Shown piece after piece: positions 20,012 through 29,679 of a stretch of DNA of 64,000 nt. This DNA is from Candidatus Anstonellales archaeon (GTDB taxonomy: Archaea; Micrarchaeota; Micrarchaeia; Anstonellales; J096). The notes beneath the pieces are model-generated. The model did not search any database. It saw only the letters and a program-made list of their open reading frames with translations, and was not told the origin of the DNA. The stretch spans positions 98,611-162,610 of the forward strand of contig JAWAFI010000001.1 in assembly GCA_038890615.1 (NCBI GenBank), in the 5' to 3' direction. The first letter of the stretch is position 1; each line of letters starts with the position of its first letter. The translations under genes and the position numbers were made by a program.

Positions 20012-20184
20012 TATTTCTTGCCTATTGGCTCAAGGTGCTTTATGTTCATTCTCCTTTCTTTGCCCTTTGAATCCACCACGAGCACGAAAGGCCCTTCAAT
20101 GACTTTAGATATGACTACCTCTGACCCAGCCCTCCTCCCCTTCGTAATAACAGCTATTGTGCCTTTCTCTATTGCTGCCATCAT
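20011..20184 (-). CDS. rpl14e: 50S ribosomal protein L14e
   Basis: Below the ORF cutoff. Manual translation MMAAIEKGTIAVITKGRRAG...RRMNIKHLEP; canonical position between cmk and cbf5. Confidence 0.85.
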   Translation of the reverse strand: MMAAIEKGTIAVITKGRRAGSEVVISKVIEGPFVLVVDSKGKERRMNIKHLEPIGKK

Positions 20185-20690
20185 AACCACCTTTTTGCGA
20201 GCATGACAAACTCAAGCAGCTGCTCAGGCTTGTAGCGCTCACTGCTCAAAACCAAGTCGTACCTCTCGTAATTCGTAATGTCTATATTGTAAAGCTTTAA
20301 ATACCTTTTCCTGTTGCTGTTCTCCCTTTCCCTTATGTACTTTATTGCCTCTTCTTCTGAAATGCCCTCCCTTTTTGCAACCCTCTGTGCCCTGACTTCC
20401 TCTGAAGCATATAGGAAAATCCTCAGCTCTGCCGGGAGTATCCAAGGGCCAAGCCATGTGGAGGTTACGCAGTCGCCCTTTGCTGCCTCCCTTTTTTGCA
20501 TGTCATCAAATTCCTTGTCTATGGATGGGTCCTTCTCTGCAAGCCTCTGGAGCTCAATCAAGGAAATCCCCTTTTGCTTTGCCAGGTCCTTGAAAGTAAG
20601 GTTCAGGTGCCTCATGCCTGTCTTTGACGCAACAAGCTGTGCCAATGTATCCTTCCCTGAACCAACAAGGCCTGTTATTGCGATTATCAT
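20181..20690 (-). CDS. cmk: Cytidylate kinase (archaeal)
   Basis: IAITGLVGSGK, DPSIDK, RYLKLYNIDI..YDLV; conserved synteny. Confidence 0.9.
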   Translation of the reverse strand: MIIAITGLVGSGKDTLAQLVASKTGMRHLNLTFKDLAKQKGISLIELQRLAEKDPSIDKEFDDMQKREAAKGDCVTSTWLGPWILPAELRIFLYASEEVRAQRVAKREGISEEEAIKYIRERENSNRKRYLKLYNIDITNYERYDLVLSSERYKPEQLLEFVMLAKRWL

Positions 20691-20953
20691 ATAAATCTTC
20701 TTATGTCAATTGGGACATCGCTGGCTTTCATATAGCCTTCCTTTAGGCGAGCCCTAATCACAAGCACCCTTTCTGCGCATGCATGGCAGAGCACCTGCGA
20801 GAACTTGCGGGAGGTTTTCTTTGACTCTGCGCCACAAACCGCGCATGAATGCCTTTGCTTCTTGGCTCTCCTCTTGTATACCTCTTTTGTCCCTTTCGCT
20901 GTCTTCCTGAATAACTTCCTAATGCTTGTGCTCCTGTCCTTAGGTCTTGGCAT
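20687..20953 (-). CDS. rpl34e: 50S ribosomal protein L34e
   Basis: MPRPKDRS, CAVCG, LCHAC; synteny. Confidence 0.85.
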   Translation of the reverse strand: MPRPKDRSTSIRKLFRKTAKGTKEVYKRRAKKQRHSCAVCGAESKKTSRKFSQVLCHACAERVLVIRARLKEGYMKASDVPIDIRRFI

Positions 20954-21000
20954 AAAGAATCACTTAGCATTTATAGGATGCTGGTTTAAAAAGATTTGTT

Positions 21001-21768
21001 TTATGGATTGCGCTGCATTTCCTGCTTTTGGGCAATCACCTTCCTACTCGCTGCCTCAACTAGGGATAAAGCAATATTGGCTAAAAAGCTTGAAAAAATG
21101 AAAAGCCAGAGCGGCTCGTATATTGTGTGTATGTTAAAGATAGGTATTGCGAAAGGGAGCTCCCATTTTGCCCTTGTTGCTTGGTCTATTCTCACAGAAG
21201 CTTTGTATGGCGCTGTTATCACCACTTCCTGCGGCTCTGCTATTTCGGGCGGGCTGACAGCTGCTCCTGAATCCCGCGGGTGAAGAGGTATTGGCTCATC
21301 AATTGCAAACACAAGCTTAAGCTCATCGCTTTTGTCGCCTGAAATGAATATCTTGTAGGTGCCTTGGCTTTGAGGGGTAAAGCAATAGGAATAGTTTCCA
21401 TCACCTGCAACCTTATCGCAACCCATCCCATCATCAACCAACTCAGCATTTATATCATCCTTGGCATAGGGATCAACGAGCCCAAGCACCCATGTGAACG
21501 AAAGGAAGATTGCAAGGACAGCAAATGTTATCAGCATTGCCCTAATTATTTCCTTGTTCATCTCCCCCATTATCTTCTTCTGCTCTTCGTAAATCTCATC
21601 AAGCTTCTTCTTGTTGTGCTCGTTCTTTTTGATTTCCTCCGCTAGTTTGCGAAGCTTGTCGCTCTGCTCGCGCATCCTCTTCTGGTCTGAATACCTCCCC
21701 CTTATGAACCTGACTGCAATAATGTAAAATAATGAAAGCGCAACGATCAGTGCGTCAAACCATATCAC
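21001..21768 (-). CDS. DUF106 (EMC3/TMCO1, Oxa1-superfamily) membrane protein with a loop insertion
   Basis: TM - coiled coil - TM - loop - TM layout; conserved position between adk and rpl34e. Confidence 0.75.
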   Translation of the reverse strand: MIWFDALIVALSLFYIIAVRFIRGRYSDQKRMREQSDKLRKLAEEIKKNEHNKKKLDEIYEEQKKIMGEMNKEIIRAMLITFAVLAIFLSFTWVLGLVDPYAKDDINAELVDDGMGCDKVAGDGNYSYCFTPQSQGTYKIFISGDKSDELKLVFAIDEPIPLHPRDSGAAVSPPEIAEPQEVVITAPYKASVRIDQATRAKWELPFAIPIFNIHTIYEPLWLFIFSSFLANIALSLVEAASRKVIAQKQEMQRNP

Positions 21769-22307
21769 TTAAGCAACCTCTCTATGACCTCTGCTGCCTT
21801 TGCCTGCTTGCCCTGCTCGTTCCTTACCAACATAGCAGGCACGCCCTTATAGGCAGAATAAGAGGCAATGAAGGCCTTGTTGATTGTGTCTTGCTCCTCT
21901 ATGTCCTCTAATGTATCATCATCCCTCTTCCTGGTCGGATCCTCTTTTCTCCTTAAAAGGATTTCCTCAGGCTTAGCTGTTATGAGAACAAACGCCTTCA
22001 CTTTGAGAAGCCTTAGCACATGGAGCGGAAGCCCAGGAAAGTAGCCCTCAGGGGTCCTAACAGTTGCATGGGTATCTAGGATAGCAGGCTTCAGCTTAGA
22101 CAATTTCCTTGCAACCTTTATCTGCAACTCCCTTGTCTGCCTGGCTGAAAGCTTCTTCCTCATCTCGTCCCTGTTTGAAACAAGCTTGTCCTTGAGAGCC
22201 ATCTCGTACATCAGGTCGCCGAAGTTTACTACGAAGTAGCCCTTTTCCTTAAGCAGGTTGAGCACTGTGGTCTTTCCTGCCCCAGGAAGGCCTGTGATAA
22301 CTATCAT
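21765..22307 (-). CDS. adkA: Adenylate kinase (archaeal)
   Basis: ITGLPGAGKTT, NFGDLM, RDEMRK, DTHA..TPEGYFPGLP. Confidence 0.93.
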   Translation of the reverse strand: MIVITGLPGAGKTTVLNLLKEKGYFVVNFGDLMYEMALKDKLVSNRDEMRKKLSARQTRELQIKVARKLSKLKPAILDTHATVRTPEGYFPGLPLHVLRLLKVKAFVLITAKPEEILLRRKEDPTRKRDDDTLEDIEEQDTINKAFIASYSAYKGVPAMLVRNEQGKQAKAAEVIERLLK

Positions 22308-23728
22308 TCGAACAACTCCTTTAAGCTTGGATAGGCTTCAAAAAGGCCCATCCTTTCTACCTGTATGAAAGTCCTGTAAAGTATGCTTACTGTAAGCAAG
22401 ATCCCTGTGCCGCTTCCAAGCGCCCCTATTATGTCAGCAATGGCTGCCAAAAGCCCTACAAGGGCGCTTCCTGCAACAATCAAGTAAGGTATGTATTCCT
22501 CAAGCTTCTTCTCCATTAGGCGCGGGTCGCTCCTGAATCCCGGAATGCCCAAGTTAGCTTTGTTAAGCTGCCTTGCCATGCTTTTTGTATCATAGCCGGC
22601 TGTTTCTGCCCAGAATATGCCGAATATAATCGACAAAAACATGAGGGTAATTGCATAAACAAGGGCATGTATATATTCAGGCACTTGGAAGATTGGTGAA
22701 ACGCCATTGAGCAGGAAGTTGAAGTTTTGGGCAGCATCAAGGCCTGTATGCAAGGGAGACATTAAGTAGAGGAGACCATCCCTTAGCATGTTTGTTGAAT
22801 CAACAAAGCCAATCATAGGCACTATGTCAACCCCGCCAACTTCAAAGTGAACATCCTTTAGTGCCATTGCGAAAAGCCTGAGGTTGAGGATGAAAGCGCT
22901 TGCGAATATCACTGGTATGTTGGAAAGGTAAAGGAGTTGGAGGGGTATTGAGTTTAGTACACCCCTGCCTGTGTTGAAGCGCACTGGTATGTGGACAACT
23001 ATCCCTTCCCCGTAAGCCACTGCTATGAATGTAAGTATAGTGGCAAAGAGAGGGGAAAGCTTTATGAGCATCTGCGGGAAGGCTTCAGCCCCTCCATTCG
23101 CAAATATCTCAAGCACCCCGTTGTTGCCAACAAGTATTGCAGAGATGCCTGCAAAAACTGAATAAGAAACCCCTGCTGCTATGAAAAGGCTTATTCCGCT
23201 TGTTATTCCGTACTTTGAAAGTATTTCATCAAGGTACATCAGGATTACAGTGCCAAGGGTTATCTGCAAAGCAACAAATATTACCAAATCTATGCCATGG
23301 CTAACTAGGGTTATTGTGCCGCTGCTTGCGAATATGTATGCCTCCCCCATTGCTATGATTACTGTCAGGACCTTCTGTATTGAGTGGAACTTCTGCCTCC
23401 CCTCAGGAGAATGCATGTCAAGCGATATTATGCCGCTCACTGAGAAAAGTTGGAGGAATATGCTGGCTAATATAATGGGCCCTATGCCAACTGTAAGAAG
23501 AGTGCCCAAGCTGCTTGCAGTTATGGCGCTAAGGAAGCTGAAGCCCTGCGACGCTGAATACATCACCCCTATAACAGGGGTATGGTACATCACAAAGAAC
23601 AGTATAAGCGCTGCAAGCGTCCACATGAACTTCTCTTTTATGCCGGGCTGAATCAGAGGGTCTGCTATAGTTGGGAATGCTTTTGAGACAGCATAAAGGC
23701 CATCGACCACAGAATCAGATATCCCCAT
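22304..23728 (-). CDS. secY: Preprotein translocase SecY
   Basis: GIGPIILASI, KYGITSGISLFIAAG, YLSNIPVI, GIPGFRSDPR, GSGTGILL. Confidence 0.95.
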   Translation of the reverse strand: MGISDSVVDGLYAVSKAFPTIADPLIQPGIKEKFMWTLAALILFFVMYHTPVIGVMYSASQGFSFLSAITASSLGTLLTVGIGPIILASIFLQLFSVSGIISLDMHSPEGRQKFHSIQKVLTVIIAMGEAYIFASSGTITLVSHGIDLVIFVALQITLGTVILMYLDEILSKYGITSGISLFIAAGVSYSVFAGISAILVGNNGVLEIFANGGAEAFPQMLIKLSPLFATILTFIAVAYGEGIVVHIPVRFNTGRGVLNSIPLQLLYLSNIPVIFASAFILNLRLFAMALKDVHFEVGGVDIVPMIGFVDSTNMLRDGLLYLMSPLHTGLDAAQNFNFLLNGVSPIFQVPEYIHALVYAITLMFLSIIFGIFWAETAGYDTKSMARQLNKANLGIPGFRSDPRLMEKKLEEYIPYLIVAGSALVGLLAAIADIIGALGSGTGILLTVSILYRTFIQVERMGLFEAYPSLKELFE

Positions 23729-24132
23729 CAGAATCTCTCCGCCTTTCCTCCACTCCTTGTTATTGCCTCTTCAGCCTTCTTGGTGAACGAAACAGCTTTT
23801 ACATTCACAGGGCATGATAGAACCCCAGAGCCAAGCACTTTTCCTTTGAACTCAAAATAATAGGCATTCCCCTCTTTCTTGAGCTTGCCCTTGTCTGCCA
23901 TGTTCTGTATTTCAAAAAGGTTTATTGTATTTGGCCTCTTTCGCTTCTCCCTGAAGAATCCCTTTGAATAAAGCTCTTCTGGGGCATGCTTCAAGAACCA
24001 GAAAAACTTGTGCTTCCTTTTCCCTGCCTTTCCCCTTCCTCCCCTGTTCCCTGCCCCTCTCCTGTTTTTCACGTTGCCCCTCCCGAACCTCCTCCTTCCG
24101 AGGAACGCCTTTTTCTTCTTTGGGGTTCTCAT
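23728..24132 (-). CDS. rpl15: 50S ribosomal protein L15 (uL15)
   Basis: RGAGNRGGRGKAG, KVLGSG, FTKKA. Confidence 0.92.
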   Translation of the reverse strand: MRTPKKKKAFLGRRRFGRGNVKNRRGAGNRGGRGKAGKRKHKFFWFLKHAPEELYSKGFFREKRKRPNTINLFEIQNMADKGKLKKEGNAYYFEFKGKVLGSGVLSCPVNVKAVSFTKKAEEAITRSGGKAERF

Positions 24133-24555
24133 TCAGATCATCCTCCTTATAAGGCTGTCCATGCTTGGCCTCTTGCCAAGGTCGCCTGCAGGCCATTGCT
24201 TCTTTATGTCCTTGTACCCTTTTGATGGGGGCCTGCACCTGAATGCTTTCTTAAACCCTTCTGGGAATTCGAGGGCAAGCACTTTTTTGACTATCTCGTC
24301 TGCCTTTTCCTTTGGAAGCATAGAGAGCTTCTTTCCATTAAACTCGCCTTTTGCCCTTATCAGCTTTTCAGCAACTTCTGGGCTTATAGGCCCATAAGCA
24401 ATATAATCCTTGGCTTTAAGCAGCATGCCATTTGTGCTTGGGTCATCCTTAAGCAAAACGCAGTAGTTTGTCTTCCCAAGGTTCAGCATCTCAAGCGTTG
24501 CCTTTATTTGGGGAAGCATATTCCTTACCCCCCTTATCCTAACTGCAGCTATCAT
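24133..24555 (-). CDS. rpl30: 50S ribosomal protein L30 (uL30)
   Basis: MIAAVRIRG, TLEMLNL, GMLLKAKDYIAYG, PPSKG; start reset. Confidence 0.92.
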   Translation of the reverse strand: MIAAVRIRGVRNMLPQIKATLEMLNLGKTNYCVLLKDDPSTNGMLLKAKDYIAYGPISPEVAEKLIRAKGEFNGKKLSMLPKEKADEIVKKVLALEFPEGFKKAFRCRPPSKGYKDIKKQWPAGDLGKRPSMDSLIRRMI

Positions 24556-25181
24556 TCCAGCACCTCTAGAGGCTTTGATTCTGAAAGCGAAACAAGGGCA
24601 GCAACAGTCGCCTTTGCCATTGCAAGCGATCCGCTTCCTCCGTTTGCCTTGCTCCACACATCCTTTATCCCTGCAAGCTTGAGCACTGCTTTCACTATCT
24701 TGTTTGCAACAAGCCCTGTTCCCCTCGGGGCTGGCTTAAGCTCTACTGTTGTTGCGCCCCACTTGCCCTTGCCTTTCTTAGGGATTGAATGGGGAATGGA
24801 GCACTTGCACTCCCAGCTTCCGCAGCCGAATGGTATTGAGATTATTGAGCTTTTTGCGTCTGCTATTGCGTTTTCCAGCGAGAGGCGCACCTCCTCGCTC
24901 TTGCCTACCCCAACCCCAACATGCCCTTTCTTGTCACCAACTATTACCACTGATCGGAACTGCGTCCTCCTCCCAGAGTCAGTCATCCTCTGGGTGTTCC
25001 TCATCTCTATGTTTTCGTACTCAAGAGAAGGAAGCAATGCGTCAACAATCTCCGGCTCAAGGATCTTCCTTCCTGAGCTGAAGATCTCCTCCAGCCTTGT
25101 GATCCTTCCCTCTTTTACTGCCTTTCCAAGCTTTGTCCTTGGCTCCCATGATGAAAGATCAGGTTTTTCAAGTTCAGCCAT
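24552..25181 (-). CDS. rps5: 30S ribosomal protein S5 (uS5)
   Basis: WEPRTKLG, QRMTDSGRR, GCGSWEC, PAPRGTGL. Confidence 0.95.
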   Translation of the reverse strand: MAELEKPDLSSWEPRTKLGKAVKEGRITRLEEIFSSGRKILEPEIVDALLPSLEYENIEMRNTQRMTDSGRRTQFRSVVIVGDKKGHVGVGVGKSEEVRLSLENAIADAKSSIISIPFGCGSWECKCSIPHSIPKKGKGKWGATTVELKPAPRGTGLVANKIVKAVLKLAGIKDVWSKANGGSGSLAMAKATVAALVSLSESKPLEVLE

Positions 25182-25707
25182 TCTTCTCACCTATCTTGCT
25201 CTTGACCATGTCAAAAAGCTCAGGGAGCTTTGACTGGTCAATCCCTTCTTTCTTGTAGTATGGTATTTCAGGCCCTTTTGCTATGTGCTCGCCCCTTATG
25301 CGCTCTTCAATGACCTTGCTCTCGCCATAAGGCACATCCATTCCTCCGTCATGCGCCCCCTTTAAAGCTGCGAACATTATTGCCCCTTTTGAGGGAGTGC
25401 TTTTTATGTCTGGCACGCACTTCTTTACCTTGCACACCTTTGAAAGGTAGAGCCCTGTCAAATATGCCGTCGGGGTGTTAAGAAGAGCCGGCCATCCAAA
25501 TTTCCTTAGCGCCATTGAATCAACCTGGCAAAGGAGTTTATCCCCTTTTTCGCTGAATTCAAATACCTGCGCTATTATCCTTCTGTTGGTCTTCCTTATA
25601 ACCAAGCGCGGAAGCCTGCTCTTAAGCAGCCTTAGCCGTTTCCTGTAGTCTGTCCTGCCTTTGCTCCTCCTGCTCAGTTTCGTTACATAAGTTGTTTTTG
25701 CCTTCAT
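25174..25707 (-). CDS. rpl18: 50S ribosomal protein L18 (uL18)
   Basis: GRTDYRKRLRLLKS, RLVIRKTN, NTPTAYLTG. Confidence 0.95.
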   Translation of the reverse strand: MKAKTTYVTKLSRRSKGRTDYRKRLRLLKSRLPRLVIRKTNRRIIAQVFEFSEKGDKLLCQVDSMALRKFGWPALLNTPTAYLTGLYLSKVCKVKKCVPDIKSTPSKGAIMFAALKGAHDGGMDVPYGESKVIEERIRGEHIAKGPEIPYYKKEGIDQSKLPELFDMVKSKIGEKNG

Positions 25708-26132
25708 TTGCCCTCACCAATTATAAGCTTGTTCTCCTGTGCATAGTGCAAAAGCGCCTTCTTGCCCTTGAAAGCATTGCCCTTTGCCTTTAGGAAAAGC
25801 AGGTTCTTTGCCTTCCTGTCTATTTTCCCTTCCTTGAAAAGCTTTGCTATGAAAGCCCTTTGGGAACGTATCTTCGCCATCCACTTTGCCTTCCTTCCGC
25901 TCCTCGTGTGCTTTGCGCCCTTCCTGCTTCCTGCCCTTTTCCTGCGAACTCTTCTTTCAGTGCGCTTTGGATGCACAGGCAGGGCATAAACTAATTTTTC
26001 TTTTATAAGGCCCCTTACATCCTCCCTTGTAAGGGCGTGCTCAGCCCTTTCCAAGCCCTCTGGCTTGATCCTTATGCGGTTAACGCCAACGCCGAGCATG
26101 TCAGCAGCTATCCTCTTTGTAGTGCTTATCAT
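25704..26132 (-). CDS. rpl19e: 50S ribosomal protein L19e
   Basis: KRIAADMLGVG, TREDVR, GSRKG, WMAKIRSQR. Confidence 0.95.
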   Translation of the reverse strand: MISTTKRIAADMLGVGVNRIRIKPEGLERAEHALTREDVRGLIKEKLVYALPVHPKRTERRVRRKRAGSRKGAKHTRSGRKAKWMAKIRSQRAFIAKLFKEGKIDRKAKNLLFLKAKGNAFKGKKALLHYAQENKLIIGEGK

Positions 26133-26136
26133 ACAA

Positions 26137-26472
26137 TCACCAGTTCAGCACCCTAAGGCCCATGCTTGAGGCCTTCTCTGCAATCTCTTTTTTCTTCCTT
26201 CTGCTCAGGCCTGCAGAAAGGCGAACTGCCACTCCTTTGAGCCCCTCCAACTCAGAGGTATTTCGTATGAGCACCTCCCTAATGCCAGAAGGATGGATGC
26301 TCCTTTCGTTTGGAGAGTTTTTATAGCCAACTCTAGGGGATGCCCCCCTGTCTTTCCTCCTTATGCGCTTCTTGTTGTCAGAGCCCCTTGGCCTCCTCCA
26401 AGAGCCCCTGTTTGCTATCCTTGGCCACCTATTCTCGTTTTGAACATTGAACTTTGGTTTTCTCTTCTTCAT
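26137..26472 (-). CDS. rpl32e: 50S ribosomal protein L32e
   Basis: KPKF, WRRPRGSDNK, HPSG, LRVLN. Confidence 0.95.
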   Translation of the reverse strand: MKKRKPKFNVQNENRWPRIANRGSWRRPRGSDNKKRIRRKDRGASPRVGYKNSPNERSIHPSGIREVLIRNTSELEGLKGVAVRLSAGLSRRKKKEIAEKASSMGLRVLNW

Positions 26473-26966
26473 GCTTCCACCGAATAGAATCCATCCTGGA
26501 AGACCCGTGGGTCCCTGTTCTTTATCCTTGTTGCCTTCCTTATGTTCTGCACTGTTTGGCTCACCCCTTCCTTGTCAGGGCCAAAAATGTGCAGGCTCTT
26601 GCCCTTCACCTCTACTTTTGTGTCCCCTGTAATATGCGCCTTCCTTGAAACCTTCTCGCCAAGGAAGTTCTTTATTATTATATCCTTGCCCTTTACTTCT
26701 AATGTAATTGGGAAGTGGGCATGCAGGAACTCTAGATTTACCTCATAGCCGTCCTTTACCCCTTTCACCATGTTCCTTATATGGGAAAGCGCAGTGCCTT
26801 TCATTGCCTTGTCGCTGCTTTCCACTATCACCCTTGCTCCTTCATGCTTAAGGGTTACCTTTTTGAAGGAGCGGGCTATCTTGCCCTTTGGGCCTTTTAC
26901 CTCTATTGAGCTGCCGCTTATGGAAACAGAAACGCCCTCTGGTATTTCAACATAATTCAGCTTCAT
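26469..26966 (-). CDS. rpl6: 50S ribosomal protein L6 (uL6)
   Basis: IPEGV, HIRNMVKGV, HFP, NFLGEK, DPRVFQDG. Confidence 0.95.
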   Translation of the reverse strand: MKLNYVEIPEGVSVSISGSSIEVKGPKGKIARSFKKVTLKHEGARVIVESSDKAMKGTALSHIRNMVKGVKDGYEVNLEFLHAHFPITLEVKGKDIIIKNFLGEKVSRKAHITGDTKVEVKGKSLHIFGPDKEGVSQTVQNIRKATRIKNRDPRVFQDGFYSVEA

Positions 26967-26975
26967 TTGAATCCC

Positions 26976-27362
26976 TCAATAGATGTAGCCAAGGAGCCTT
27001 CCGCCGATCCTCCTTTCAAACGCCTCCCTGTTGCTCATCACTCCTGCAGAAGTTGTCACTATAAGTATCCCTGTGTTGTAGCCCAATAAGTACTGTTGCT
27101 CCTTTTCAGGCCACTCTTCAGCTGACACAGGAGCCCTTGGCTTTATTACCCCGCACATGTTTATAGTGCCTGCAAGCTGTACTTTAAGGAATTTTTTCCC
27201 GTTTTCTTCCACTTCAGAGAAACCTTTCACATAGTTGTAGCGCTCCATTACCTTAAGGACCTCTTTTGCAAGCTTTGTGGAGCGCACCTTCACTTCCTTT
27301 ATCCCCTTGTGCTCAGCAACCTTGATGGTGTTAAGCATGTCTGCAAGCGTGTCCGTAAGCAT
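26976..27362 (-). CDS. rps8: 30S ribosomal protein S8 (uS8)
   Basis: DTLADML, INMCGVIKPR, IVTTSAGVM, GGRLL. Confidence 0.95.
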   Translation of the reverse strand: MLTDTLADMLNTIKVAEHKGIKEVKVRSTKLAKEVLKVMERYNYVKGFSEVEENGKKFLKVQLAGTINMCGVIKPRAPVSAEEWPEKEQQYLLGYNTGILIVTTSAGVMSNREAFERRIGGRLLGYIY

Positions 27363-27363
27363 A

Positions 27364-27516
27364 TTATCCTCCTCCGAATTTGCGGAAACCGAGCTTTACA
27401 GCCCTTTCCCTGAAGCATTTTCTGCAAAGGTTTAGGTTGTATTTTCTTATAAGCCCCCTTGATGAGCCGCACATCTTGCATCTCCTTTCCCCTCTCTTCT
27501 TCCTCATCTCTTTCAT
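27364..27516 (-). CDS. rps14: 30S ribosomal protein S14 (Zn-binding)
   Basis: Below the ORF cutoff. Manual translation ...RRCKMCG...[21 protein letters not shown]. Confidence 0.92.
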   Translation of the reverse strand: MKEMRKKRGERRCKMCGSSRGLIRKYNLNLCRKCFRERAVKLGFRKFGGG

Positions 27517-28022
27517 GCAACTGTCACCCCGAATTTTTCCTGAAGGAAGGCAGCTGTTTCTTCTTTTGTTATTGCCTGGGCCTTGCCGAGCTTAGCCCTG
27601 TTGAATCTCCTGTGGGCAACCCTGGCCCCCTTCCTTTCTATAGTAACGCAGACATCAAGCCCCATTACCCCTATCCTTGGGTCGTACTTTATGCCTGGCA
27701 GGTCTATGTACTGCTTAACCCCTATGGATATGTTGCCCCTGTTGTCTATTGAGCTTAGCTTAACCTTGTTTTTCATTGAGGCAAAAACCCTCCTTAGAAA
27801 CTCCTCTGCCTTCTTGCCCCTTAGCGTCACTTTTGCCCCTATTGGCAGCCCAACCCTTAGCTTGAAAACAGGGTTCCTCTCCCTTGCCTTTGTCTCCACT
27901 GGCTTCATGCCTGTGAGCCTCTCAAGCAACAGCTTTGCATTGTCTAATTTTTCTCCTGTCTGGCCAACACCTATGTTGAGCGTAACTTTTGATATGTAAG
28001 GGTTTCTCATTGGGTTCATCAT
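27513..28022 (-). CDS. rpl5: 50S ribosomal protein L5 (uL5)
   Basis: [34 protein letters not shown]. Confidence 0.95.
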   Translation of the reverse strand: MMNPMRNPYISKVTLNIGVGQTGEKLDNAKLLLERLTGMKPVETKARERNPVFKLRVGLPIGAKVTLRGKKAEEFLRRVFASMKNKVKLSSIDNRGNISIGVKQYIDLPGIKYDPRIGVMGLDVCVTIERKGARVAHRRFNRAKLGKAQAITKEETAAFLQEKFGVTVA

Positions 28023-28699
28023 ACCACCATCACATATTCAGCCCTTGTAATGAGCTCCTGCCCATTGCTTTCCAGCACTGCCTCCTTTGTATGCCCGTGC
28101 CTGGTTATTGCCTTAAGCTTTGCCTTCACTCCTGCGTGCTTGCCTGCTGTTATGAGCACATCAACCCCCTCCTTCAGGTTGAGCACCCCCTTGAGCTTGC
28201 CTGACTTTAGATCAAGAACTATTGTGTCCCCAACAGAGATTGCCTTGTCTCCTTTGAGCACCCTCCCATCATGGCAGCACACAGTTATCTCGCCTTTCTT
28301 CCCCCTGTACTTGCGGATCACTTTCAGCTTCTTGAGCGCATAATCGTCCTTGTCAATAGGCTCTGGCACCAAAGCCCCTTTCTCAATCAGCATCCTGTAA
28401 TATTTTTCCTCATCCTTCAAATAAATGCCTGCCATAAGCCCTATTGGAAAGTGGACGTCATTTATTTTTTTACCATCAACGAACACCTTGCCTGAGTTAA
28501 GTATCTTCTTTGCTTCGGATAAAGTGGCAGCATAGCCAAGCAGATCCCTTAGCAGCGATCCAGCAGGCACTGCCTGCCTAAGAGGGGCAGGGCCTGGGTG
28601 CGCCTTAATGTAAAAAACCCTGTGCTTCTTGTCTGAAAGCGCTACTGCGCTTGGAGAAGCAATCCTTTTCAAATGCCTTTTCGCTCCTTTTTTTGCCAT
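28019..28699 (-). CDS. rps4e: 30S ribosomal protein S4e
   Basis: HLKRIASP, LRDLL, VDGK..FPIGLM, HDGR, GKHAG. Confidence 0.93.
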   Translation of the reverse strand: MAKKGAKRHLKRIASPSAVALSDKKHRVFYIKAHPGPAPLRQAVPAGSLLRDLLGYAATLSEAKKILNSGKVFVDGKKINDVHFPIGLMAGIYLKDEEKYYRMLIEKGALVPEPIDKDDYALKKLKVIRKYRGKKGEITVCCHDGRVLKGDKAISVGDTIVLDLKSGKLKGVLNLKEGVDVLITAGKHAGVKAKLKAITRHGHTKEAVLESNGQELITRAEYVMVV

Positions 28700-28703
28700 T
28701 TTT

Positions 28704-28991
28704 TCACCTTGAGAGCCTGCGCTTCCTTTCGTCGCTCATCACGAGCTCAGTGAGGAGCAGGTTTGAAGCATCAAACGGCACAAGAACCTCTTTGCCCCTT
28801 GCATTCTTCACAGTAATGCCTTCTATATATACCTTACCTGCCTTTGAGTTTACTTTTGCAACAGTGCCTTCCTTGCCTTTGTATTCCCCTCGCATCACCT
28901 TAACCCTGTCCCCCTTCCTAACAGATATGGATCTTTTCCTTGCGCCGAGCTTTTTCCTAAGCGCTTTTGAGATGTGTGATGAAGGCATCAT
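28704..28991 (-). CDS. rpl24: 50S ribosomal protein L24 (uL24)
   Basis: KOW motif VRKGDRVKVMRG, ASNLLLTEL. Confidence 0.92.
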   Translation of the reverse strand: MMPSSHISKALRKKLGARKRSISVRKGDRVKVMRGEYKGKEGTVAKVNSKAGKVYIEGITVKNARGKEVLVPFDASNLLLTELVMSDERKRRLSR

Positions 28992-29386
28992 ACCAGCCCC
29001 GTTGAGATTGCCGCAACCTTTGGATAGCGGTCTGCCACTTCCCTTGCCACTACTCCTTTTATTTCAGTGCCTACCGGAAGCCCTTCATCGTTTACAAGGA
29101 CTGCTGCATTGTCCTCAAAAGCAACATGCATGCCATCGCTTCTCCTCCACTCCTTCTTTGCGCGCACTATCACTGCCTTTACTATCTTCCCTTTCATTTC
29201 AGGCTTCCCTGATTTTACAGAAGCGATCACCATGTCTGCAACCCCTGCAGTTGGGTATCTAGACCTTCTTCCCTTGTAGCCAACAACGCCGATTATGCCT
29301 ATTGAGCGAGCCCCGCTGTTGTCTGCGCAAGGTATGACAGAGCCCAAGGTTAAGGTCTTTGTAAGGTATGAGCTAAGCGGCTTCAT
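28988..29386 (-). CDS. rpl14: 50S ribosomal protein L14 (uL14)
   Basis: CADNSGA, AVIVR, FEDNAAV, GTEIKG. Confidence 0.95.
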   Translation of the reverse strand: MKPLSSYLTKTLTLGSVIPCADNSGARSIGIIGVVGYKGRRSRYPTAGVADMVIASVKSGKPEMKGKIVKAVIVRAKKEWRRSDGMHVAFEDNAAVLVNDEGLPVGTEIKGVVAREVADRYPKVAAISTGLV

Positions 29387-29675
29387 CCTTACCACCTACC
29401 ACTTCCAAAACCGTCCACGCCTTTGTTGCACTTATCTTTCTCGTTTCCCCTATGCGCACCTTCTGGCCAACCTCTGCTGAGATGCAATCTGGGTTATGAG
29501 CGGCTATCTTTGACTTTGCCCTTGCTGCTTTCTTGAACTTGGCTATCCAATAAGTCCTTGGCACCTCCACTATAGCAGTCCTCTTTGGGCTAGTGCTCAT
29601 TACTCTGCCCTCTAGTATACGGCCCCTAACCCTTAGGGTGCCGTGCTTGTAGCAGTGTTTATCCTTGCACTCCAT
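29373..29675 (-). CDS. rps17: 30S ribosomal protein S17 (uS17)
   Basis: CKDKHCYKHG, VRGRILEG, AHNPDC, GETRKISATK. Confidence 0.95.
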   Translation of the reverse strand: MECKDKHCYKHGTLRVRGRILEGRVMSTSPKRTAIVEVPRTYWIAKFKKAARAKSKIAAHNPDCISAEVGQKVRIGETRKISATKAWTVLEVVGGKDEAA

Positions 29676-29679
29676 AAAA

